From the NCBI RefSeq assembly GCF_000025945.1, contig NC_006138.1, positions 2,310,001 to 2,342,000 of the forward strand: a stretch of 32,000 nucleotides of DNA. The letters run 5' to 3'. Positions 17,300-25,084 of the stretch are shown one piece after another. How positions within the stretch are numbered: position 1 is the first letter of the stretch; every line of letters begins with the position of its first letter. The DNA is from Desulfotalea psychrophila LSv54. Its GTDB lineage: Bacteria > Desulfobacterota > Desulfobulbia > Desulfobulbales > Desulfocapsaceae. The notes beneath the pieces are model-generated. The model saw nothing but the letters and a program-made list of their open reading frames with translations, did not search any database and had not been told where the DNA came from. Made by a program: the position numbers and the translations under genes.

Positions 17300-18130
17300 G
17301 TGATATCCGTAGATTTTCCCCATCTTACGCCAATGTCAAAGCTTATGAGCAAGGTATCACCGTTAGAAACGATAAAAAAAATCCTATTTTTCGATACATT
17401 CCCTTTTCTTTGTCGGTTAATTGCAACCACTCTAATTTTATTGGCTTTTTATTCTATTGGAATCCCGCCAGAAAAGGATTTGAATCCATCAGCAATAATG
17501 CTGCTGGTTTTTTCAGCATTTTTCTTCCTTTTGCCAATCGCGAAAAAAATGAGCATTGGCAGGTTGCTTACCTATGAAAAACAAGTCGAAAAAGTCAAAA
17601 CAGAGGTAAGTGAATTTAAAACTGAGACAAGAGAGTTTCTCGGTATTTATAGTAACATGATCACCGCCATTTCGAATACCGTAAATCAAACTGTTAATGT
17701 TAATCTTCCAGGTCAAGCTGAGGCACAGCAAGCGAAAGAAGACCTTGATGCCTCTATTGAAAAACCAGAAGAGGCATCCACTATTGAAAAAAGTGTTTCC
17801 ACTTTTATCAGGGAGGCAGACGGAGACTTCAATTTTGCGCTTGCGAAACTTCGCATGGAAATTGAAAAATCTTTGCGTGAAGCTCTCAGAAAACGAACTA
17901 TTACAGCTGACCCACATGCAATGAAAGGGACGTTCCTATCTGCTAGACAGCTATTTAGGCAATTCACGATCCAATACCCAAAGTACGAAAATATGCGTAG
18001 CTCTTTCGATTACATTCTGAAGGTTTGTAATGCGGCAATACATGGACAGCAAGTGTCAGAGAGGTATGCCCATGAGGCAATTTATATGGGCACAAGAATG
18101 TTGAAAGAGATAAAAAGTGCCAGCGAGTAG
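17300..18130 (+). CDS. Membrane-anchored coiled-coil protein with a DUF4145-like C-terminal domain
   Basis: Two or three N-terminal TM segments (LCRLIATTLILLAFYSIGI, AIMLLVFSAFFFLLPIA) and a coiled coil. The C-terminal LAKLRMEIEKSLREAL..FDYILKVCNAAIHGQQVSERYAHEAIYMGTRMLKEI resembles the DUF4145 pattern (lR..gN.aaH). The start is uncertain: GTG at 17300 or ATG at 17333. Confidence 0.55.
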   Translation: MISVDFPHLTPMSKLMSKVSPLETIKKILFFDTFPFLCRLIATTLILLAFYSIGIPPEKDLNPSAIMLLVFSAFFFLLPIAKKMSIGRLLTYEKQVEKVKTEVSEFKTETREFLGIYSNMITAISNTVNQTVNVNLPGQAEAQQAKEDLDASIEKPEEASTIEKSVSTFIREADGDFNFALAKLRMEIEKSLREALRKRTITADPHAMKGTFLSARQLFRQFTIQYPKYENMRSSFDYILKVCNAAIHGQQVSERYAHEAIYMGTRMLKEIKSASE

Positions 18131-18234
18131 AAGTTTTAACAAGCGAAAGCACGCGGATCAATTTTTCGCTGTGTGCCCAATTTGCCCAGTGGTGCCGGTG
18201 CTCGACCTAAAAGTATCATATTTCAGGAGCAGTT

Positions 18235-19339
18235 ATGTCTATTTCAAAAGAATTATTTAAAATCGCTAATAATTTAGGGGCATATAGTGATTATAAGACT
18301 CCACAGATTCAAAACTTAATTGACTCAGCTACCGCTGTTGGTAAGTCATGGAGTGGGTCTTGGTTGGGGTATCATTCCAGAGTATATTATACTGCCTTTG
18401 AAACGCCACCTCCTGGGGCAGTATTTAGTGCAGAATGGGGATTAGAAAATAACTTTTCTGGGGGGTCAAGAGGTGCTTGGCTTGAGTATAGTTTTGATGA
18501 CGTGGTGAGTTATATTAATCAACAAGCTGGTGCCCCCAATACTGATAAATTATCCAGTGATGGAGACCAAGCAACGTTACTGTATGAAGATTCAAAATCT
18601 GATTTACTAGTCAATAATTTACTCGAATTTGCCAGGAGAAAAAGATAGTTTCCTCCAAGGGCTTGTTGATAAAATAGAATCTGAAAAAATACTTTCCGAA
18701 GATGATTTTCTGAAATATCAACGGCCAACAGGCCAAATAATGTCAAGAGATTCTTTAGCCGTACATTGCGGGTTAGTTGTTCCTCCTCATATTGCTGTAC
18801 TATCTAAAGCATACGCAACTATGCAACCCTTTCAATCATGTTCGAACCTTAAAAAAACAACATTAAAAATAGCTAATCACATGCGTAACTTAGAAAAAAA
18901 ATCAGTGGTGGAAGATCGCATTGGAACAAATATTTTTATTGGGCATGGTCGCTCTCATTATTGGAGAGAACTCAAAGATTTTGTAAGTGAGAGGCTCCAT
19001 TTACCATGGGATGAGTTTAATAGAGTCCCTGTTGCAGGAGTCACAAATATAACTCGACTTGCACAAATGCTTGATCAATCTTGTATTGCATTTTTGGTTA
19101 TGACTGCTGAAGATGAGCAACAAGATGGTAATATGCACGCTCGAATGAATGTAGTTCATGAAGTAGGATTGTTCCAAGGTCGGCTTGGCTTTGAACGAGC
19201 CATCGTCGTATTAGAAGAAGGTTGTGAGGAATTTTCAAATATTCAAGGTTTAGGTCAAATAAGGTTTCCCAAGGGAAATATTTCGGCAATTTTTGATGAA
19301 ATACGACAAATTTTAGAACGAGAGAAAATCGTTGATTAA
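18235..19339 (+). CDS. TIR-like (Cap12/PycTIR-type, Pfam PF10137 as recalled) effector with an unknown N-terminal domain. It is split into two ORFs by a 1-nt shift in an A5 run.
   Basis: ORFs 18235-18648 and 18629-19339 overlap by 20 nt. Removing one A from AAAAA at 18639-18643 fuses them (..EFARRK-DSFLQGL..). The C-terminus IFIGHGRSHYWRELKDF..AFLVMTAEDE..HARMNVVHEVGLFQGRLGFERAIVVLEEGCEEFSNIQGLGQIRF matches the vFIvHG..AivLlTpDD..RaRQNVifElGyf.GkLGr.rV..L pattern. Confidence 0.7.
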
Positions 19340-19604
19340 GTGCTTCATAGTAAAACTAATTCGAACGTCACAAAGCTGCTCCGCTCATTTCTTATTACGC
19401 AACTTTGTGACGCCGATTATTTAAAAGTTAAACAATCGTATTGCTCCTCTTCTGGAAATGCCGACAACCCTCTGCTATTTTTTGTCCCTGCCCCTTTCTG
19501 GCCCAAAAGCATTGCTAGAGAGCCAACCTTGGTGTTACAATGAAACAGCAAAATGCTGTAAAGGCAGTGAAAATGGCATAATTTGAAGTCAAAGAAGAAA
19601 AAAT

Positions 19605-20085
19605 ATGGCTGACTACACAAAACTGGATTATTTGAAAAAAAACCTCGATTCTTACCGCCCTTTGCCTGCCGAGGTAGTCTCAAACCTTCATGAAGATCTT
19701 GTCCTGCGCTGGACCTGGTGCCATAGAGGGTAACAGCCTGACCCTGAAAGAGACTAAAGTTGTCTTGGAAGGTATTGCTGTTGGTGGCAAGACCATACGT
19801 GAACATCTTGAGGCGATCAACCACCGGGAGGCCATCTACTTTGTCGAAGAGTTGGTGGAGAAAGGGCAGATCCTCTCAGAGTGCCAGATCAAATCCATCC
19901 ACCAGTTGGTATTGAAAAATATTGATGATAAGCATGCTGGAACCTATAGAAAAAACAATGTTATTATCTCCAGTACAGATCATCATCTACCAGATGCAAT
20001 ACACTTCTCGCCCTTCTACCCCCTTCTCCGTTTACCTGGTGGCCCTATAGGTGGCAGAGTGTTTACAAAAGTCAAACCTCTTTGA
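19605..20085 (+). pseudogene. Fic-domain protein, frameshifted near codon 38 and truncated before the HPFxxGNGR motif
   Basis: MADYTKLDYLKKNLDSYRPLPAEVVSNLHEDLVLRWTW, then a stop. A second frame continues AIEGNSLTLKETKVVLEGIAVGGKTIREHLEAINHREA..HAGTYRKNNVIIS. No Fic active-site motif follows. Confidence 0.75.
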
Positions 20086-20206
20086 GTTGATGCCGCTTTT
20101 ATGATATCATTCTTAGTAAATGCTAGTCTGTGTTTATCTGGAATGATACCAGAAAACTGGATAATAACTTGTTATGTTTTTAGGTTGATTCAACTAGGAG
20201 TCTATA

Positions 20207-20632
20207 ATGAGCAATATTTATCAAAGAGATCTAATAATTTCTCTTCTTGCTAAGAATTACGATACCCATATGAATATCATCTGGGCAACGATCGGTTTAT
20301 TACTTGGTGCAATTGGATGGATTATTACGTCTCGTGAGGCTAGAAGCTATCTGACTAGTCCAAAGTTAAATAAAATAGTTAGTCTAGTTGTGATCATTGC
20401 GATGGCAATCATGCATTACTATCTCCTTTGGCAAACGATGGAGTATTCGATAGATTTGAAATCAGAATTGATAAAGGTTGTAGGTGAAAATGTAGACGTG
20501 ATTAATACAAGTGAGTTTATTTATCTAATCTCATATTACATGTTTTCCGCGAGAGCATTTGTCACATTTATATTATTTGGATTTCTTAGCTTTTTAGTCA
20601 TCAAAGGTGAAAAACACATAACAAGCAGATAA
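20207..20632 (+). CDS. Hypothetical integral membrane protein (about 4 TM)
   Basis: AGGAG RBS. Hydrophobic segments: IIWATIGLLLGAIGWIIT, IVSLVVIIAMAIMHYYLLW, FVTFILFGFLSFLVI. Confidence 0.6.
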   Translation: MSNIYQRDLIISLLAKNYDTHMNIIWATIGLLLGAIGWIITSREARSYLTSPKLNKIVSLVVIIAMAIMHYYLLWQTMEYSIDLKSELIKVVGENVDVINTSEFIYLISYYMFSARAFVTFILFGFLSFLVIKGEKHITSR

Positions 20633-20649
20633 GTGATAATTTCTGGGAG

Positions 20650-20904
20650 TTGATCGATTGGCAAGGGGAACAGGGAGAACTATACCAAGCCCATTACAAT
20701 AAAACTTATGAGTCTGGCGTTCTGGACACTAAAACCAAACGGCTGATGGCAATGGGTGCAGCTATAGTTATGGGGTGTAAGGGTTGTATTTTAGGACAAA
20801 CACAAAAGGCTATTGATGCAGGAGCAACACTAAATGAGCTCATGGAAACCTGCTCTGTTATGCTTTCTCTTGGTGGAACTATTGAAAGAGATTGGTATGA
20901 TTGA
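20650..20904 (+). CDS. Carboxymuconolactone decarboxylase/AhpD-like family protein, short and possibly truncated
   Basis: GVLDTKTKRLMAMGAAIVMGCKGCILGQTQKAIDAGATLNELMETCSVMLSLGG carries the CxxC core of the CMD/AhpD family. It has a TTG start and short N- and C-termini. Confidence 0.6.
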   Translation: MIDWQGEQGELYQAHYNKTYESGVLDTKTKRLMAMGAAIVMGCKGCILGQTQKAIDAGATLNELMETCSVMLSLGGTIERDWYD

Positions 20905-21135
20905 TGTTAATGTAGCCGACGCAAAAAGCCGCGCGGCCGACTAGCGGCGTTAAAATGAAAACTATCCTGCCATGTAGGGTTAGTCTTAATCTTGCTTGAT
21001 CAGTAGAATATAAGTCAAAAAGAAACCGATCACCTGTTCACAAAACAAGTGCTAGGAATAAACCCAACCTAAAGGAGTGTCAATGGTTGCTAACGTTGAA
21101 CACTCTAGCTACAAAACATTTTGGAGAATTTATCA

Positions 21136-21213
21136 ATGGCTTATGTGATCAATGCTGATGCCTGTATTGATTGTGCTGCTGTTTGCCCTGTAAATTGCAT
21201 CTTTGAGACATAA
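21136..21213 (+). pseudogene. 25-aa ferredoxin-like remnant
   Basis: MAYVINADACIDCAAVCPVNCIFET, preceded by GGAG. It resembles the start of a 4Fe-4S ferredoxin, but the CxxCxxC cluster motif is incomplete. Confidence 0.4.
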
Positions 21214-21460
21214 GTGCCATGTCAAAGCCGGAATTGAATAAAACGGTGCCAGGTTCATCGTTAATCAACTTTCATCTAGGCCGCTGGTGATGCAGGCGTT
21301 TAACTCTCATGGGCTTCGGCCCGTGCGAGTTCGAATCTCACTCTAACCGAAAAACAGAGCCTTGTCCAAACCCTACAACCCAGAGCTGATTTCCCTTTTT
21401 ATCCCTTCCCCCTTTACACTAGCCTGTCTGGAGAATCATCTAAAGCCCCCTTGTTGTTTT

Positions 21461-21593
21461 CTGCAACAAACGCCTAAGTCTCCTACACATATCCAAAAAA
21501 CATTGCAAATCAGGCAATCTTGTTGTTAGCATGCAGTCTACTTAAAATGCCGTAGAGGCAGGAAAACTGCCATAACCTAAAGTCAAAGTAGAA
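21461..21593 (+). repeat. Third copy of the Fic-gene 5' leader, without the gene
   Basis: CTGCAACAAACGCCTAAG..ATCCAAAAAACATTGCAA..CCGTAGAGGCAGGAAAACTGCCATAACCTAAAGTCAAAG aligns with 27693-27828 and, more loosely, with 19500-19604. Homology stops where the ATG would be. Confidence 0.8.
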
Positions 21594-21692
21594 GGCAGTC
21601 CGTAAGATCACATCCAACAAAAGGTAAAAGCTGACGGCTGATGGCTTCCCTTCCAACCGACGCCACAAACTGCGCAAAAAGCCAAGCCACTG

Positions 21693-21916
21693 CCCCCCCC
21701 ACCTTTCACCAGCCCCCTCCCATGTTGGGGGCAATGCCCATTCTACCAAGCTGAGCAGCGGAGAAGTTGGCGGAAATAGAGTTTGAGCTATTTGAGCTAG
21801 CCTTCTTAAACTCTCGTGGGGCTTGGCAACTGGGCCGGGGCGGCATGGGGTGCAAAGGGGGGAACGCTTCCCCCTTTGGCCAGCTGTCGTATCCGTTCCA
21901 TATAGTCACTACCGCG
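21693..21916. repeat. Composite GC-rich repeat (family 2), copy a
   Basis: CCCCCCCCACCTTTCACCAGCCCCCTCCCATGTTGGGGGCAATGCCCATTCTACCAAGCTGAGCAGCGGAGAAGTTGGCGGAAATAGAGTTTGAGCTATTTGAGCTAGCCTTCTTAAACTCTCGTGGGGCTTGG plus CAACTGGGCCGGGGCGGCATGGGGTGCAAAGGGGGGAACGCTTCCCCCTTTGGCCAG recur at 24614-25028. The tail CTGTCGTATCCGTTCCATATAGTCACTACCGCG recurs at 23161-23193. Confidence 0.85.
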
Positions 21917-22086
21917 CGGCTGACCTCTGAACGGGCCTGCTGACCACGACCGATGGAAAAGAATGCTCCGTTAATTCGTAGAGTGCGGGACCTGTAACTG
22001 GCTCGCAGATACAGATCGATAATTGCTTGAGCAAAAGTGAAGGATTCTTCTTCCCAGCTCCAGTGATTGAGGAGATCACGGTCCAT
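21900..22086 (-). pseudogene. N-terminal fragment of a phage-type DNA-binding/replication-associated protein, truncated by repeat family 2
   Basis: GGAGGG RBS then MDRDLLNHWSWEEESFTFAQAIIDLYLRASYRSRTLRINGAFFSIGRGQQARSEVS. This fits the common prophage pattern F..qAw.dLll.A....v.inG..i.i.rGQ...S. The rest of the annotated ORF reads into the repeat. Confidence 0.4.
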
Positions 22087-22394
22087 TTTTACCACCCTCC
22101 TCTTTTGTGAATAAGGGTGCGGACATCTTTAAGACAGAGACGAATGGTGCTGTTAAGAGCCTCACCATAGAAGGGATGTTCGTTGTCGCCAATTACAAAA
22201 AGGGCATACCATGTGGATTGGCGTACCGGTAACCAGAACCGGCGGGTCAGAGACCCTCCATACAGCCCGCCTAAAATTTGGAGCAAGGCTATGAATTTGG
22301 ATACAATTATGCCAATAACAGGGCCCAAAAAAAACACCACGCAAAAGGTGGCGGTGCATTTTCTATTGCCTTTCAGTAGCCCACAGGATACACT

Positions 22395-22697
22395 ATGGGT
22401 ATGGAGTATGAAATTGATCGTACAAAAAAATTTGATAAGTGGCTGAAAAAGCTTAAAGAAACTGAAGCTAAACTCACTATCCTTGCAAGGATAGACAGAG
22501 TGAAGATTGGTCATTTCGGTGACCAAAAACAGCTTGAAGAAAATTTTTTCGAAATCCGTCTTTTTACAGGCCCAGGCTATAGAATCTATTACACCATCAG
22601 AGGTGGCAAGATTGTTTTGTTGCTTTTGGCAGGTGATAAAAGTAGCCAGAAAAAAGATATAAAGAAGGCCAAAGAGCTTATTAAAAAGCTTGAATAA
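22395..22697 (+). CDS. RelE/ParE-superfamily addiction-module killer protein (HigB-like, COG3657-type)
   Basis: YEIDRTKKFDKWLKKLKE..ARIDRVKIGHFGDQKQLEENFFEIRLFTGPGYRIYYTIRGGKIVLLLLAGDKSSQKKDIKKAKEL is the typical family pattern. It sits upstream of its antidote. Confidence 0.85.
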   Translation: MGMEYEIDRTKKFDKWLKKLKETEAKLTILARIDRVKIGHFGDQKQLEENFFEIRLFTGPGYRIYYTIRGGKIVLLLLAGDKSSQKKDIKKAKELIKKLE

Positions 22698-22709
22698 GAG
22701 GTTAATGCT

Positions 22710-22985
22710 ATGGCTAAAACAGCTTCCTACAATCCATTTGACTATCTCACCACAGAAGAAGAGATACGAACATACCTTGATAATGCCTCCAGAGATGAAG
22801 ACCCAAGAATTTTTGTTATAGCTCTTGGCTATCTGGCAAAAAAACGTGGCATGAAAGCAACCGCTAAAAAAGTTGGTGTAAGCCGTGAGAGTCTTTACAA
22901 ATCTCTTTCTGGAAAAGGTAACCCAAAATATGACACAATCCGCAAAGTGACCCAAGCGCTGGGCTACCAAGCACGGGTAAAGTGA
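22710..22985 (+). CDS. Addiction-module antidote protein (HigA-family HTH, COG3636-type)
   Basis: FDYLTTEEEIRTYLDNASRDEDPRIFVIALGYLAKKRGMKATAKKVGVSRESLYKSLSGKGNPKYDTIRKVTQALG is the typical family pattern. It starts 12 nt after the toxin stop. Confidence 0.85.
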   Translation: MAKTASYNPFDYLTTEEEIRTYLDNASRDEDPRIFVIALGYLAKKRGMKATAKKVGVSRESLYKSLSGKGNPKYDTIRKVTQALGYQARVK

Positions 22986-23160
22986 CCAATTAATTTGGAG
23001 ACTCCCCTTGTTGTTAAAAAGAAAAAACATATTAGCTCCTGTCATCTTTTATACCTTTGAATTCTTCTCACATACCAGGGAGGCGAAGCTGATTCTCCTC
23101 GCCCGGTAATAGGTTACGCTTTTTCTTTGGTCTGGCGGATGTTCTTCGTTGGTTGGCGCG

Positions 23161-23193
23161 CTATCGTATCCGTTCCATATAGTCACTGCCGCG
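23161..23193. repeat. Family 2 repeat, short copy c
   Basis: CTATCGTATCCGTTCCATATAGTCACTGCCGCG matches 21884-21916. Confidence 0.7.
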
Positions 23194-23505
23194 TATACGG
23201 CCACCAACAATGCCCGTTATCTTGCTATTCATCTTAGACGCCCTCCTGTATTTTAAATACAGGACCCATCATTTGACCTGCTGGCTCCAAAGCATCTCGC
23301 TTAGTAATTTGCCTAAAGATAGCTAACTCACAGACCAGAGACATCAGCTCTGCCCTGCTCAGGCGCAAAACTCTCCTGCGAAGTTTTGCATCGGGAATAA
23401 TTGATTTGACTTCCTCCCAAAAAAAGAACCATTGTGAATTAAGTGATTTCTGCCTAACCTTAAAAAGGTGATCACCCTGTGAAAAAATCACGTTCTTCAG
23501 AATAA

Positions 23506-23634
23506 CAAATCGTAAGGATTTTGAACGAGGTTGAAGCGCTTAATCACAAAACAATCGGATTTTCAAAAAGCACCGAGCTGCACGTTATCGCACGGAGTGA
23601 GAATTTCACTAAACAACAAATTGGCATCACAACC
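23506..23634 (+). mobile_element. IS1-family remnant (insB 3' end plus IRR), copy G, abutting the cat start
   Basis: It reads ..LNHKTIGFSKSTELHVIARSENFTKQQIGITT through ..CACTAAACAACAAATTGGCATCACAACC. There is no IRL. 12 nt separate the IRR end from the cat GTG. Confidence 0.7.
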
Positions 23635-23645
23635 GGAGATTTCCT

Positions 23646-24281
23646 GTGAAGAAAAAAATAGATATTAGCAATTATAAACGAAAAGGAATGTTTGAAGCTT
23701 TTAAAGATCGTGATATGCCATATCTATCAACAACCAGCCATGTGGACATAAAAAATCTAAAGCCATTTATAGATAATCACAAATATGGATTTTTTATATC
23801 TATTAGTTATTTAATATCAAAAGCAGTAAACCTTATCCCAGAATTGAGGCATAGGATAATTGATGGTGAATTGTACGAGTATGACAGGGTGGACCCTGGC
23901 TATACAGTCTTACTAGAAGATGAAACGTTCTCATTTTGCGACTCTTGTTACTTCGAAGATTTTCAAAAATACAGTGAATATTCCAGCACTAAGATAAATG
24001 AGGTTAAAGCAAAACCTGACAATGGTGTTGGCGAGAAACACCATATGTTTTTTATTACGAACATACCTTGGTTCAGTTTCACTTCGATTGTTCACCCGCA
24101 TGATAAAGTGTATGCATCGATTCCGATAATTACTATCGGGAAATATTTTAAACAGGGAGATCAGCTGTTGCTACCTATTGGGATTCAAGTTCATCATGGA
24201 GTAGTAGATGGGATTCATCTAGGTAAATTTTATACCCACTTATCAAATTTTTGTGCCGATCCAGCTTTATGGTTGGTCTAA
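23646..24281 (+). CDS. cat: Chloramphenicol O-acetyltransferase, classical type A CAT family
   Basis: 211 aa. FFITNIPWFSFTSIVHP..IPIITIGKYFKQGDQLLLPIGIQVHHGVVDGIHLGKFY aligns with CAT [47 protein letters not shown], including the catalytic His. GTG start with GGAG 8 nt upstream. Confidence 0.9.
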   Translation: MKKKIDISNYKRKGMFEAFKDRDMPYLSTTSHVDIKNLKPFIDNHKYGFFISISYLISKAVNLIPELRHRIIDGELYEYDRVDPGYTVLLEDETFSFCDSCYFEDFQKYSEYSSTKINEVKAKPDNGVGEKHHMFFITNIPWFSFTSIVHPHDKVYASIPIITIGKYFKQGDQLLLPIGIQVHHGVVDGIHLGKFYTHLSNFCADPALWLV

Positions 24282-24576
24282 AAGGGGGTCGTGGTACAAT
24301 CTGCTGTTGAGGGAGCTTCCCTCTTGATGATATTGAATTTACTTTATTATATAGACCTGAGTTACTGGAATAATCCTCATTGTTATACAACTGAGCCTTT
24401 CTATATTTTAGCATCACCACCCATTTCGGAGACCAGGATAACTGCCTGAAACCCTGGAACAGTATCTTCATCACCCCACCCCACAACCAGCAACGATCTC
24501 CCCCGCCACTCCTAAGCAGACATTGACTCCCGAACCACACACCTTAACAATAGAAAAGCCACGGCTTGCGAGGCCT

Positions 24577-24611
24577 AGCTGATAGCTGACAGCTGACAGC
24601 TGACGGCTGAC
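24577..24611. repeat. Heptanucleotide tandem repeat (AGCTGAC) x5
   Basis: AGCTGAT AGCTGAC AGCTGAC AGCTGAC GGCTGAC. The equivalent position of repeat copy a (21629-21642) has 2 units. Confidence 0.9.
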
Positions 24612-24613
24612 AG

Positions 24614-25028
24614 CCCCCCCACCTTTGACCAGCCCCCTCTCATGTTGGGGCAATGCCCATTCTACCAAGCTGAGTAGCGGAGAAGTTGGCAGAAATAGAG
24701 TTTGAGCTATTTGAGCTAGCCTTCTTAAACTCTCATGGGGCTTGGAAGAGCAGTCCAACCCCTCTGTCATGCACCATCATTTCAACGCGTTGGCGTTACG
24801 ACCGTATTAGGCTGGAGGCGGTAGGCTCTCACTCTTGCTCTCCCCATCTCAAGTTGCCCGAACGAAGTGAAGCTGACGCGTGAGCAGGTCAGGACGAACT
24901 GCTAGCTACGAGGGCAGGAGCCCGTTCGTAGCGCTAGCGGAAGCTGAAACGAGAGTGAGGATTAGCAACTGAGCCGGGGCGGCATGGGGTGCAAAGGGGG
25001 GAATGCTGCTGTTTCCCCCTTTGGCCAG
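24614..25028. repeat. Composite GC-rich repeat (family 2), copy b, carrying a 220-nt insertion (24746-24965)
   Basis: 24614-24745 matches 21693-21826 and 24966-25028 matches 21827-21883. The intervening 220 nt are absent from copy a. Confidence 0.85.
24771..24803 (-). repeat. Isolated IS1-family IRL-type end inside the 220-nt insertion
   Basis: GCACCATCATTTCAACGCGTTGGCGTTACGACC aligns with 9124-9156 (ATACCATCACTTCAACGTTTTGGCATCACGACC). Confidence 0.6.
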
Positions 25029-25084
25029 TGTGGCTGGCAAGCCACGATCCGGTGACTACCATCAAACCCGGGAAACTCGATCGA

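Noticed and set aside
22089-23045. 318-aa ORF on the minus strand.
   Set aside because: - It runs antisense across the well-supported RelE/HigA-type pair (22395-22985).
- Its composition is Phe/Leu/Cys-rich and low in complexity.
- Only its last ~65 codons (22096-22290), outside the TA pair, could conceivably be a small real gene upstream of the phage-type fragment, and I cannot support that.
23234-23491. 85-aa minus-strand ORF, followed by a 23-aa ORF (MNSKITGIVGGRIRGSDYMERIR) with a good GGAGGG RBS.
   Set aside because: - No family is recognised.
- The short ORF ends inside repeat family 2 (the RGSDYMERIR coding string recurs at about 21890-21920).
- They are probably fragments rather than functional genes.
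24577-24611. Possible CRISPR or other spaced repeat array.
   Set aside because: - It is a contiguous 7-nt microsatellite with no spacers.
- No cas genes or 25-40-nt repeats occur anywhere in the window.
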